Both the position numbers and the translations under genes were made by a program. A model generated the notes under the pieces. That model saw only the letters and a list, made by a program, of their open reading frames with translations. It ran no database searches and was not told the DNA's origin. Shown here one piece after another: positions 51,433-62,645 of a stretch of 64,000 nt of DNA (its first letter is position 1; the number at the start of each line of letters is the position of its first letter). This stretch comes from Phoronis australis (Eukaryota > Animalia > Phoronida). Where the stretch lies: assembly GCA_002633005.1 (NCBI GenBank), contig NMRA01000147.1:543988-607987 (forward strand), read 5' to 3'.

Positions 51433-53177
51433 GTTGCACGCATGATCTAGTTCACGATTTTGGGAACTGAAATAGGGACTACTCAAAGAAAAAGTTTGAT
51501 AACGGGATTATTTGTTCGAGTTGGAAGGAATCGACAACCTCCTAAGGTGTTCCTCTATGCGCAAAAGGTATATTTATAACAACGTGACTTTGATGTTTTA
51601 GTCGGTGCGAGGCATAATTCGCCGAAAAGCTTCTGGCGTATGAAGCGCCTATAGGAGCTGCATCGCCTCTGGTTGAGCCAACAGAGGCGATGGTCATTGC
51701 CTAGAAGGGGAGACGCACGCGCGTTCTATCCGCGAGGTCGTGAGTTCAAGTCTTTGGTGATTGTAATTTTTCCTGTTTGACACGTTCTCCGTTTTTTGTT
51801 TTTTTTCTTTCTCGGATAATACTTCAGGAATCAAGGAAAATGCTTGATTTTTAGAGGTAAAAACAGAAAAATTTCCTGGGCAAACCCCCCCTCCGACCTC
51901 CCCCCATTCGGTGCTATGCGCATCTACAATCGTGGTTCAGTTTGCGCAAATTTCATTGTAGAAAAAGATTTTGTTTTCAACTGTTATAACCGATTTATGC
52001 GATCGTCCATTTTAGACCGACTTGGGTCACTTGGGGGTCTAAATTGCACCCTCTCTCGGTGAAATCAAAACGAGGCAACGCTGTAAAAAACGAGAAGGTG
52101 TCAGACATATAATGCACTACAACGGAACAAAAATTGGTGTCATTTAATTCTCAGATTATGCTTCAAGTAAGATTTTATGAAATGAATGATATTTAGGGTC
52201 CGTCCGATAGGTATACTCGGGAACCCAATGGTCGTCCGCCTAAGCATAAAACCGACTTGCTGTCGTACTCACCGAATTATTCCACTTCAAAGTTATGATC
52301 TGAATAGGATTCGATTTAACTCTCACAGATATACCACATTNATTCGAGATAATACGTTTCCGTGGTTACGGTGTCAAGAGTGCGAAAAGTCACATGGTTC
52401 AAGAAAATGTCGGGACGTTTATGATAAAGACGATATGTGTTTATAGTTCTAAGTTTAAATCGTGTTTTTCACGGGAATTCCCTAATAACACGTGCACAAT
52501 TTTTATGATGAGAAATAGTACCCGGATGTGCAATGTGACAATTTCTGTTTACTGAGGATGTCTGTTTTCCTGTTACTACCATTAAGAATGAAACCGATAC
52601 AAGCAATGTTTTTTCACGGAGTTATAAAGCAAAATTATATCGAACATGTTTTTGAAATTCCTTTTAAATGCTCTGTTTTTGCTTAATTTTGTTTAACGTG
52701 AATTCAGGTGAATAAACCCTAACTAGATTACTTTATCAAAGAGTTTTAATTTTCGGTGTTAGCGTCGGAAGATTTATAATCGCCAGATTGGACTTGGGGA
52801 GACTTTGATGATAAACATTAGACGTAGGCTAGCATTCTGAGCGAATGTATTAATTGTAGCAATTTCTAGTGTATTTCAAAATGAGTTGGTGGTTTTCAAT
52901 AGATTATTTTCATTTGTAAATTAACTAAATAATATGTTTTCCTACTAGTCACATAACCTTTGAAGTGATAGCTCGTTACTGTACTGCAAACCAACTTTGC
53001 CTGTCAAAATTTTGCCTCAAATACAGAACATTTTCAAAATGTTTGTCAAAATGAAGCCATTGAAGTATTAGCTGACTAACCAGCGGTAGGATACTTTAAA
53101 GGGATGATGGACACTGGTTTGGGGAGTTGACGATTACCTGCTGATGAATAATCAACACTGCTTCGCATTAAAAGGTC

Positions 53178-53685
53178 TTTCCTTCACTGCCAGTAACGCG
53201 ACCAGTGCCTAGTCATCAGGAGTGAAGTAGCATTAGTGGTAGTAGTAAAGTAGTAGTGGTGGTGGTGGTGGTGGTGGTGGTGGTGGCGGTGGTGAACAAA
53301 AACAGAAAGATCCCTGAACAAATTCATCATTAAAAAACTAAGCTCATCTACATTAGAAAAATCCAAGAAGTAGAATGCAAGTTGCTGGCCTCATTTTATA
53401 GTTTTCTACGTAAGTCTTGACATAGAGCACAGTGANTTTCCTTCACCGCCAGTAACGCGACCAGTGCCTAGTCATCAGGAGTGAAGTAGCATTAGTGGTA
53501 GTAGTAAAGTAGTAGTGGTGGTGGTGGTGGTGGTGGTGGTGGTGAACAAAAACAGAAAGATCCCTGAACAAATTCATCATTAAAAAAATAAGCTCATCTA
53601 CATTAGAAAAATCCAAGAAGTAGAATGCAAGTTGCTGGCCTCATTTTATAGTTTTCTACGTAAGTCTTGACATAGAGCACAGTGA
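53178..53685 (+). repeat. Near-identical ~255-bp tandem duplicate containing a (GGT)n microsatellite, separated by an N
   Basis: Copies at 53178-53435 and 53437-53685 differ mainly in GGT repeat number; n at 53436. Confidence 0.85.
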
Positions 53686-54942
53686 CACACAAAATAAAGT
53701 TCATCTTCTACAGCACTGAGACCTCATAAGCGAAATAACCTATTTTCTGGTTCAATATTAGTGTATCTTCCAACCTCTCCAATGGAATGATGCCAAATCT
53801 GAACTGACTGATTTTAGTCCTTATACCTTCCTTCCAGTTTTCCTCGCCAATACCGAAAATAATATAATTCATGCTTTCTATATCACAGAATCACCTGTAT
53901 GTACCAATACCAACTTCTTATTAACAGTATTTTCTTTTTTGGTTCTCGTTCATGTTCTGCGTCTCATTATGTTTTCTAGGATTTTTCACCGTTGCTAGCC
54001 ATGCTTGCTAATTAGCACAGGTAGTATACTGATTCTATGACAACCGTTTTGTAATCTATGAAATTTACACGTGAATATTGTGAGGTGAAAGGAAAATGCA
54101 AAAAATTGGCAAATATAAAATAAATTGCCACCGAGATTTTGGAGATTTGACAAGGGCAGTACGTTGCTATGCAGGCTGGCAAAAGCTATACCGCTAAACC
54201 CTAAACAAATCTAAAGGTACTGGAATCCACATCAAAGTCTGACTGCAATGTTAATGTGGATAAACCGGGATTGAAAGCAATAACGACAGGCACTCAATAA
54301 AACATGCAGCGAAAAATCTCTGCTTACACAAGGTATAGTGGAAATGATGAATATTATCGGTGACAACGATCAGTTTTTCTCCCATAATTCAGCATTCTTG
54401 CGGCCATTTGAGTAACCTGTCGCACACGGTGTAATTTGACCGTGGCGCTGTGACCACTGGCTTAGATGTATAGGATCTAAAATGCCCTGAGTTACTATTC
54501 ATGCAAATTTTTGACGCCAATATGGAACAATTCCTACAACACTTTAAGTGGCAGCAGACAAAAAACTTTTCGCCCCGTTTCACTGAGACAGACGACATTG
54601 TGGGCCGAAACGTTGCGCGACACATCAGCCGACATCAGATTAGTGTGAATGCAGCCACCAGATAGCGAGACCGGCTCGACAGCAAGAGGTCACAAAAAAC
54701 TTGTCGCGCATTTAACTTCTATCAGCACAAGAGTCTGGCTTGTGAACACATCTGACACCTGATTCTTGATTAGTCAGTCAACGACGAGATCAACTGATGT
54801 ATTTAAATCACTGAACTGAACATAAAAAGCATGCTTTAAAAACTTTTACAGCACAACTGTGCTTCTCACTTCAAGTATGAAGTTCATACAATGAAGTTAT
54901 CCAAAAAAGACCGGCGTGTAATTAAAATCAATGACTAGTAAT

Positions 54943-55038
54943 CATAGGCGACGCACCATAGGGGGCTGGGGGGCTATCCCCCACTTTTTTCAGTGCTACG
55001 TCGNAGCCCTCCACTTTTTCAGTGCTGAGCCGCCAATG
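54943..55038. repeat. Short GC-rich interspersed repeat, copy 3
   Basis: cataggcgacgcaccatagggggctggggg...ccactttttcagtgctgagccgccaatg is similar to 3368-3438. Confidence 0.55.
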
Positions 55039-56804
55039 GTAATTAGATAAATATTTGTCTCTGAAAATGACTGAAAATGAGATAGGTAAGACACATTGAA
55101 ATGTTGAAATACGCATAAGGCTACTCAGATTGTAGCTTGAGATGGTTAAAATCTAACCATTTGGCCTTGCTTTCAACATGTTCACTAGTTCGTACACTCT
55201 AATGCCGATTATAGAGGCCGCTGTATGAAAGACCGCCAACCCAAGAACTGATGAACACCATATCGTGGAGATAGGCGACATTTCGTGAGTCGGACAAAAA
55301 TAGTTCACAAAAGAACCTTTTTTAAATCGAAATTGAAAGGTTTTGAAATTTAGGTAGGTCTACTTAAAAGGATACTAAACCCTGTTTGCTGATTTCAACC
55401 AATCCCCGTCACGGTCACCTGCTAATGCATCATTGGTGTCAATCGTGAAAGCAGAAACACACTGAAAACTCACACCCCTTGTCTCACAAATTGGACATTA
55501 AGATCCTTGGTGGGTGGTCTTTTCCCCACAGTTGCAGTGTAATTTTCTAGAAGCGTGGGTCAGGCTTGTCGTTTAGTAGACTTTGTTGAAAGGAGTTTTC
55601 AAATTTTCTTGCCAAATTTTGAGGCTTAATTGTTGGGAATTACAGAACGTTATTTTGTTGCAGAGAATTGGACGGGGGAAGTCGTTTTTAGTATTTGTTA
55701 ATAGGGTAAAACTCGATTTGGTATCCTTTTAACGAATCGTTGCCATGGACAGGTGGTGTGAAAATGTCACTTAGGTGGATGCCGAAGAAAAGAACATCAA
55801 AAATTTTTTTTACAGCCCGAGGAAGTTCCCTAATGGGTAGTTGATGGAAATTAGGTTTTAAAATGTTACTCAAAAGCATTTGTGCAATTTAAAGCGGCTG
55901 TAAACTATGATGTGGTTTTTATAACAACTTAATATACAGGCGTATTATTTTATTTTTCCAATGCAAGTTCTTTAGCACATCAGGTACATCCGGTCTATAA
56001 TTGGCAACATTAATTGATGTAAAAAAAAACGCAACTGTACCTTATTAAAGCTTAGCGACATTATTCAATCTAGTCCAATTGAATATTATTCAAGCTTTTT
56101 AATCGTTTACAGAAAGCTCTTCCAAAGTTTTGACAATCTTAAAATTCAAGCTTGAAGAAAATATTCAATAACGTGAGGCACATTTGAGCTTAATCATGTT
56201 CAGTCAACTTTAGCTAAATATAATGCATTTTATTCCTGTATGAGATATGGCATGAATCCTGTTAAAAACAGCATACGAATCAAATCTGATTTGCACAAGC
56301 AAATAAACTTAACGCTAATCTATGGTCAACTAAAATGAATTTTTTCGCTCTTGAAATAGCTCTTTCAACATGGACCCTGTGAGCAGTATCTTTTTGGTTA
56401 AGGCAACATCACTAGGTGACATCTGACCACAACCTGGTGCAAAAGGGGGGATATATAATTTCAGTCCAATATTTTCAATTTCGTTTCTAATTAAGAAGCC
56501 TTTGTCTGCCATGATGCCATCACCCTGTTATAACTGATTTACCGCAATCAATGAGTTGCTGAAGCACTGTCAGTAAGCCACTTGATCTTGTGATATGATT
56601 ATCTGACATTGGTCCTGAAAATAGCATGGATATAAAAGTAAATGATCCCCTGGGGTCCACTCCTACAAGTCCTTTTATGGTACACGACTTGTAATGTGAA
56701 TAACACTGACTTTGGCTTCTCAGGGAACTCGGCTTTTCCACTTTGATTTCTGTGCCATCTATGATGAGGAAAGTGTCTGGAAAATCTTTCTTGTACTTTG
56801 GCAG

Positions 56805-56948
56805 TGCAGTATCTTGATAGCGTCTAGTGTACTTGTTCGACACTTGGTGTCTCTGGTGTGGTGTAGCTAAGGATGTTGGGTAATAAAAACATGGTTGTTG
56901 TCAGACGTGACTAGTTTTCTCTCTGACTTTACTAACCAAGTTACAGCA
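56805..56948 (+). repeat. 5' LTR
   Basis: 143/144 identical to the 3' LTR; contains AATAAA at 56882-56887. Confidence 0.95.
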
Positions 56949-56983
56949 TATTTATTGGCGACGAGGATAAACTTTGGATCAGA

Positions 56984-59900
56984 ATGGCAGTCCACGGTGC
57001 TCTGTCTTATTTTGACCAAGCGGTGGAATCGTGGCAATCGTATGTGGAACGTTTAGAGTTTTATTTCGTGGCGAATGACATAGACACAATGATCAAGAAG
57101 CGCGCCATTTTCTTGACCTCGTGTGGATCGGAAACCTACCAGTTGGTGAGGAACTTAATCCAACCGTCTAAACCAGAGAATAAGTCGTATTCTGAGCTTC
57201 TTGATGTGTTAAAAAACCACTATTCTCCTACACCTAACCCCATTGTTGCACGATATAAATTTAATTCTGCAAAACGGGAAAAAGGGGAGAAAATGTCAAA
57301 TTTTATCAGTAGGTTGCAGGAGTTGGCAGCACATTGCAATTATGGCAACAACCTGGAGGACATGCTACGAGATCGGCTTGTGTGTGGGGTTGAGAACTTT
57401 GAAATTCAAAAGCGGTTGTTTGCAATTAAAGACCTAACCTTCTCCAAGGCCCATGAGATCTGCTCAAGCATGGAAATGGCAGTAGACAATGCTAGGGATT
57501 TAGGCATTGGTCAGTCTCCAACCTCAAGTGTGAACCACGTACATCACAAACCACAGCAACAGAAACCCCCCAAACCGTGTTTTCGTTGTGGAGGTCAACA
57601 CTACCCAGACAAATGTGGATTCAGAGACGCGGAATGTCATGGATGCCACAGAACGGGACACATTCAACGGAAATGCCCAGACCGTTCTGTACCTTCGAAA
57701 TCGTCGAAACCGAAATCGAAAACCAAACGTATGAACCATGTGTCAGCGGACAATGGCTCCTTGTTAAATACTTTATATAATAAGGGTAAGTTTGAGCTAC
57801 CTGTGAAAACACTAATGTGTGTGGATGGAAATCCTATGCAATTTGAGCTTGACACTGGCTCTCCGCGAACAATTGTAACCCAAAGGCAGTTTGATAGTCA
57901 TTATTCAAGTGCAAAACCCAAACTGAGACCTGCGGATGATACTCTGTATACATATACGAAAGAGCAACTTGATTTGCGCGGTAAAGCCGATGTTTGCGTG
58001 ACAGCTAATGGCCAGAAGTATGACTTGTCATTTTTGGTGGTCCCTGGTGATGGGCCATGTTTACTTGGCCGTGACTGGTTAGCTGTTTTGCTTGGTCCTG
58101 ACTGGAGCGACCGTCTCCTGAGTGATTGTAACGTCGTTAACAAGTTATCTGCGAAAGTTAGTGACTTAGATGAAATGTTAAATGCATTTGCTCACTTATT
58201 CTCCGATGAACTTGGTCTCATGAAAGGCGTCGAAGCACGTTTACACATACCGTCCGATGTGAAACCTCGGTTTTTCAAGGCTCGCTCGGTACCCTTTGCT
58301 CTCCGTGATAAAGTGGACGAAGAACTTGATCGATTAGAATCATTGGGAATCATTAGCCCAGTGGAATCTTCGAGGTGGGCTACCCCCATTGTGCCCGTGG
58401 TAAAGGCTAATGGGAAAATTCGCATTTGCGGCGACTATCGAGTGACTGTGAACCAAGTTGCAATTCTTGATAAGTACCCATTACCGAGAATCGACGAACT
58501 GCAGACTAAGTTAGCTCTTGGTAGCCAGTTTTCAAAACTGGACATGAGCAACGCCTACTTACAGATGAAAGTTGATGATCGCTCGAAAGAGTATCTAACG
58601 ATCAACACTCATCGTGGTCTGTATTGTCAAGAGCGACTAGCGTTTGGAATCGCGTCCGCCCCTGCGATTTGGCAACGCGCCATAGACACGTTATTACAAG
58701 GGTTACCCGGTGTCATAGTGTACTTAGATGACATAGTCATTACGGGTAAAACACGGGATGAACATTTTGCAAATCTGAAAGCTGTTTTGCAAAAGCTGTC
58801 AGATGCTGGACTCACATTAAATCGTTCAAAGTGTAATTTCTTACAGGACGAGATCGAGTATTTAGGTCACCGTATTGACGCACAAGGACTTCATCCTACT
58901 AATGCTAAAATCGAGGCCATTAGAAATGCCCCAGTGCCGAATAATGTGTCTGAACTGAGAGCTTACCTTGGAATGGTAAATTACTACGGCAAATACATTC
59001 GCAATGCGTCAACACAGTTTGCACCTCTGTACGAATTATTACGCAAAAACAAATCTTGGCGTTGGTCGAGCCGCCAAGAAGACGCATTTCGTGCATCAAA
59101 GGATTTGCTGTGTTCTGACACTGTGCTCGCTCATTATGATCCGGAAAAACCGATAGTACTCACCTGTGATGCATCTGCGTATGGTGTCGGTGCTGTTATT
59201 GCACATACTGATCCAGATGAGCGCCCGATAGCTTTTGCCTCACGAACTCTAAGCAGTGCGGAAAAGAACTATAGTCAGTTAGACAAAGAGGGACTTGCAA
59301 TTATTTTCGGGTTGAAGTATTTCCATCAGTATTTGTATGGAAGAAACTTTGTTATCGAGACTGATCATAAACCCTTGATGAATATTTTCGGAACAAGAAA
59401 AGGGATTCCGCAAATGGCTTCAGATCGTTTAACGCGTTGGTCGTTGATACTATCAGCATATTGTTATGAGATTCGGTATAAACCGGGTTCTAAACTTAGA
59501 AATGCTGACGCGCTGAGCCGATTACCGGTCGACCCTGCTCCTACGGATGTCGCTGTACCCGGACGTGTAAATTGGCTTAAGGAACAGTTGTCATCGACTT
59601 GTGCAAACGTAGCCGAAGTGAAACGTTTGACCGCACGAGACCCTATTCTTTCGAAAGTCGTGCACTTCGTGAAATTTGGTTGGCCGTCGGACATTGGTGA
59701 CAATTTTCGTCCATTCTACAATCGTAAGCTCGAGCTGAGTTTGGAGGATGGCTGTTTACTTTGGGGTTGTCGTTTAGTAATCCCCACCGTATTGCGTACA
59801 CACATTCTCAGTGAACTTCATGAAGCCCATCCGGGAATGTCTAGAATGAAGGCATTAGCGAGGTGTTATGTGTGGTACCCTAACATGGACTCAGAGATTG

Positions 59901-60910
59901 AACGTGTCGTCCGTGGTTGTTCGTCATGCTGCCAGAGTAGGAAAGCCCCAGCGAATGCACCGCTGCACCCTTGGGTCTTCCCAGGTGAGCCTTGGGAACG
60001 ACTGCACATAGACTATGCCGGTCCATTTGAAGGGAAAATGCTGTTGATTATTATTGACTCTAAGTCAAAATGGATCGATGTTCACATAACTCATTCAACT
60101 TCAACTAGTGCTACCATTGATGGATTGCGGAAATCTTTCGCGGACAGGGGAGTTCCCCGTGTCATAGTCAGTGATAATGGTACGTGTTTCACCAGTCGTG
60201 AATTCAAGGACTTCTTAAACAGTAATGCTGTTAAGCATACCCTTGTTTCTCCATACCATCCGTCGTCCAATGGTATGGCTGAGAAAGCTGTTCAGACTGT
60301 GAAGGAAGGACTCAAGAAAGTCAGTGGTAAAACACTGAGTGAGCGTGTGTCAAAGTTTTTGATGTGGTACCGGTTAACGCCACAAACAACTACCGGTGAA
60401 CCGCCGTGCGAGATACTTTATTCTCGGAAGATCAGATCGCGTTTGGACAATTTGCGGCCCAATTTGAATGCAAAAGTGGCGGAAAAACAAATGGATCAAA
60501 AGAGCCAGCATGATAAGTCTGCTCGATTGCGAACATTCGATGTTGGTGACAAAGTTTTGGTAAAAAATCATGCTTCAGGTGATGCAAAATGGTTGTTCGG
60601 AACAGTTGCTGATCAGAGTGGTCCAGTTACGTTTTTGATTGAGCTGGATGATGGACGTGTCCTGAAGCGCCATGTTGATCATATTGTTCATAGCATGAAA
60701 CCAGATCGTGAACTGAAATCAGATTCATTCATTAGTGCTGACTCTAAGGATTTTGTGTTTGTACCAGACACTAGTGTTAATAATTCTATTGATAAACCTT
60801 CAGATCAGGGTATCGTGCCAGATGTGGTGAACAATATACCGCCAACCGGAACACCAGTTGTTCGTCGCTCACAACGGACTGTGAAGGCTCCTGATAGACT
60901 TGACTTGTAG
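56984..60910 (+). CDS. Gag-Pol polyprotein (K02A2.6-like), 1308 aa, uninterrupted
   Basis: Two CCHC knuckles (CFRCGGQHYPDKC, CHGCHRTGHIQRKC), protease LDTGS, RT (ICGDYR, YLDD), RNase H (CDAS..GVGAV, ETDHKPL), integrase (H..HPG..C..C, IDYAGP, VSDNG, SNG.AE). Confidence 0.97.
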   Translation: MAVHGALSYFDQAVESWQSYVERLEFYFVANDIDTMIKKRAIFLTSCGSETYQLVRNLIQPSKPENKSYSELLDVLKNHYSPTPNPIVARYKFNSAKREKGEKMSNFISRLQELAAHCNYGNNLEDMLRDRLVCGVENFEIQKRLFAIKDLTFSKAHEICSSMEMAVDNARDLGIGQSPTSSVNHVHHKPQQQKPPKPCFRCGGQHYPDKCGFRDAECHGCHRTGHIQRKCPDRSVPSKSSKPKSKTKRMNHVSADNGSLLNTLYNKGKFELPVKTLMCVDGNPMQFELDTGSPRTIVTQRQFDSHYSSAKPKLRPADDTLYTYTKEQLDLRGKADVCVTANGQKYDLSFLVVPGDGPCLLGRDWLAVLLGPDWSDRLLSDCNVVNKLSAKVSDLDEMLNAFAHLFSDELGLMKGVEARLHIPSDVKPRFFKARSVPFALRDKVDEELDRLESLGIISPVESSRWATPIVPVVKANGKIRICGDYRVTVNQVAILDKYPLPRIDELQTKLALGSQFSKLDMSNAYLQMKVDDRSKEYLTINTHRGLYCQERLAFGIASAPAIWQRAIDTLLQGLPGVIVYLDDIVITGKTRDEHFANLKAVLQKLSDAGLTLNRSKCNFLQDEIEYLGHRIDAQGLHPTNAKIEAIRNAPVPNNVSELRAYLGMVNYYGKYIRNASTQFAPLYELLRKNKSWRWSSRQEDAFRASKDLLCSDTVLAHYDPEKPIVLTCDASAYGVGAVIAHTDPDERPIAFASRTLSSAEKNYSQLDKEGLAIIFGLKYFHQYLYGRNFVIETDHKPLMNIFGTRKGIPQMASDRLTRWSLILSAYCYEIRYKPGSKLRNADALSRLPVDPAPTDVAVPGRVNWLKEQLSSTCANVAEVKRLTARDPILSKVVHFVKFGWPSDIGDNFRPFYNRKLELSLEDGCLLWGCRLVIPTVLRTHILSELHEAHPGMSRMKALARCYVWYPNMDSEIERVVRGCSSCCQSRKAPANAPLHPWVFPGEPWERLHIDYAGPFEGKMLLIIIDSKSKWIDVHITHSTSTSATIDGLRKSFADRGVPRVIVSDNGTCFTSREFKDFLNSNAVKHTLVSPYHPSSNGMAEKAVQTVKEGLKKVSGKTLSERVSKFLMWYRLTPQTTTGEPPCEILYSRKIRSRLDNLRPNLNAKVAEKQMDQKSQHDKSARLRTFDVGDKVLVKNHASGDAKWLFGTVADQSGPVTFLIELDDGRVLKRHVDHIVHSMKPDRELKSDSFISADSKDFVFVPDTSVNNSIDKPSDQGIVPDVVNNIPPTGTPVVRRSQRTVKAPDRLDL

Positions 60911-60980
60911 AGCACTTTGACTCTTGTGTTTAGTGTGTAACTCATAAGTAGAGTTAAGTTTAGACTTAGGAAGGGAGGGA

Positions 60981-61124
60981 TGCAGTATCTTGATAGCGTC
61001 TAGTGTACTTGTTCGACACTTGGTGTCTCTGGTGTGGTGTAGCTAAGGATGTTGGGTAATAGAAACATGGTTGTTGTCAGACGTGACTAGTTTTCTCTCT
61101 GACTTTACTAACCAAGTTACAGCA
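60981..61124 (+). repeat. 3' LTR
   Basis: Matches the 5' LTR except AATAAA>AATAGA at 61062. Confidence 0.95.
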
Positions 61125-61821
61125 GGCAGCATATGTTTGTAGAGAATGTCGCAGTCTGGCCAAATTGTGAGAGATCCAAATTTGTAGAACATGAAGTTGA
61201 TCCACTCCCTGAAAAGTGCTGCAGCATCCTGAAGAGATATCCCATAAAGAGTTGCCAAGTGTTTGAAATCGAAATTCAATCGCAGTTTCGTTAGCGTAAG
61301 CAGGAGTTGTTGATCTTGCAGTAACATGTTCTTAGCACTACTGATTGTTTTGGAGAAGTTCATGGGAGATTCGTGCTTATCTGGGACTAAGAAATCAAAT
61401 ATATTTTGAAATTCTTCAAAGGTGAATCCTGTGTGATTTTCAAAATTATTCTTCACGTGGCTGTTTTTGCCGGAGTGAAGCAACAGAAAATCCCATGGTG
61501 GCTGCATACTTCACTTCAGCTATTATTTTTTCTCGATGAACTTCATCAGTTAAAGTTTTCAACTTTGCTTCAAGAAGTTTGTTTTCAGCAGCAACAGCCA
61601 GATAATCCAATCCTGATGGGCCTGAAATAAAAATCACATGTGAGATATAATTTATAGTCAAAATTGTCAACTTCATTGAAGATTTACCTCACTCATGCTG
61701 AAAATGACTCCATCAGCAAAGGTGAAAAGAACTTAAACCTGAAATACAGAAATTTTATGCCGAGTTACATTATTGTTTGAAGGAATTTTAAGTTTTTTGA
61801 TGGATTTTTTCTGTCTTGCAG

Positions 61822-62645
61822 GCTCCTCTGATTCAACTGCCCGAAGGCCATCTGGAGAATCAAAGCCTAGCTTGTGGTGATCTGAACTTCCCACATCCCA
61901 GTCCGATTGCTAATGAAGTTACTTGCTATGCGGAGGAATACGAGTTTATGAAGATGACATTTGAGGATGCCAGAAAGCTAGAGAATGACACTCGTGCACA
62001 AGCTAATTGCCCTTCATGGTTTGAGGCGAGAAAACTGAGAATTACAGCGTCTAACTTTGGGCGGTTTATGCTTCGTAAGGCTCCAATTACAGATAATTTA
62101 GTAAATTCAGTGATGAATCCCAAACCATTTCAGGCAACTGCCACCACTTACGGAATGTGCAATGAAAAAGTTGCCAAGAACATGTATCGGAAGCAAACGG
62201 GGAACCACGTTCATGACTGCGGATTTATAGTTAATCCTGAATTTCCATTCAATGGAGCTTCGCCTGATGGGAAAGTATGCGACAATGGAGAGGTGGGGCT
62301 GTTAGAAGTGAAATGCCCACACAGCATACGAGATATGAATCTTCAAGAAGCACTTACAACTTAAGAAAAAAAGGAATCTCTGTTTTTGTCCAAATTTGGA
62401 GATGAAATTTTGTTGCCGCGAAAAGACCTAGTCATTGGTTCCAAGTTCAAGGGCAGCTGTTGGTGTCTGCAGCATGGAGCTTCTTTCTGTGATTTTGTGA
62501 CTTACACAAGAAGAGATTTGCATATATACAACGGATTCATCCCGACGTCAGTGTCATGAAACAAATTCTTGAGAAGATGAATAAAGTGTTTATTGACCAC
62601 GTCGCCAAACTACACCCACCTTCTACTACTGGTTCCACAGTTTGA
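61822..62645 (+). pseudogene. YqaJ-like (lambda-exonuclease, PD-(D/E)xK) nuclease exon of the ISL2EU-like element, frameshifted at its C-terminus
   Basis: Follows the acceptor ttttctgtcttgcag. Motifs TRAQANCPSWFEARKLRITASNFG, YG..NE..A, GFIVNPEFPFNGASPDG, LLEVKCP, then out of frame HWFQVQGQL...FCDFV. Ends with TGA at 62643-62645. Confidence 0.88.

Larger units (their letters stand above)
56805..61124 (+). mobile_element. Full-length young Ty3/Gypsy (Mag-like) LTR retrotransposon
   Basis: 144-bp LTRs (TG...CA) at 56805-56948 and 60981-61124 with one mismatch; 5-bp TSD GGCAG (56800-56804, 61125-61129); PBS TGGCGACGAGGA at 56956 (tRNA-Ser-like); PPT AGGAAGGGAGGGA before the 3' LTR. Confidence 0.97.

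Noticed and set aside
53178-53685. Tandem duplication and poly-His ORF (53184-53366)
   Set aside because: The copies abut an N and differ mainly in microsatellite length, so this is probably two alleles assembled in tandem. The poly-His is just (GGT)n read on the minus strand.
55380-55880. Candidate upstream exons of the YqaJ gene or a further ORF
   Set aside because: The translations I tried gave no recognisable SWIM/YqaJ N-terminal motif.
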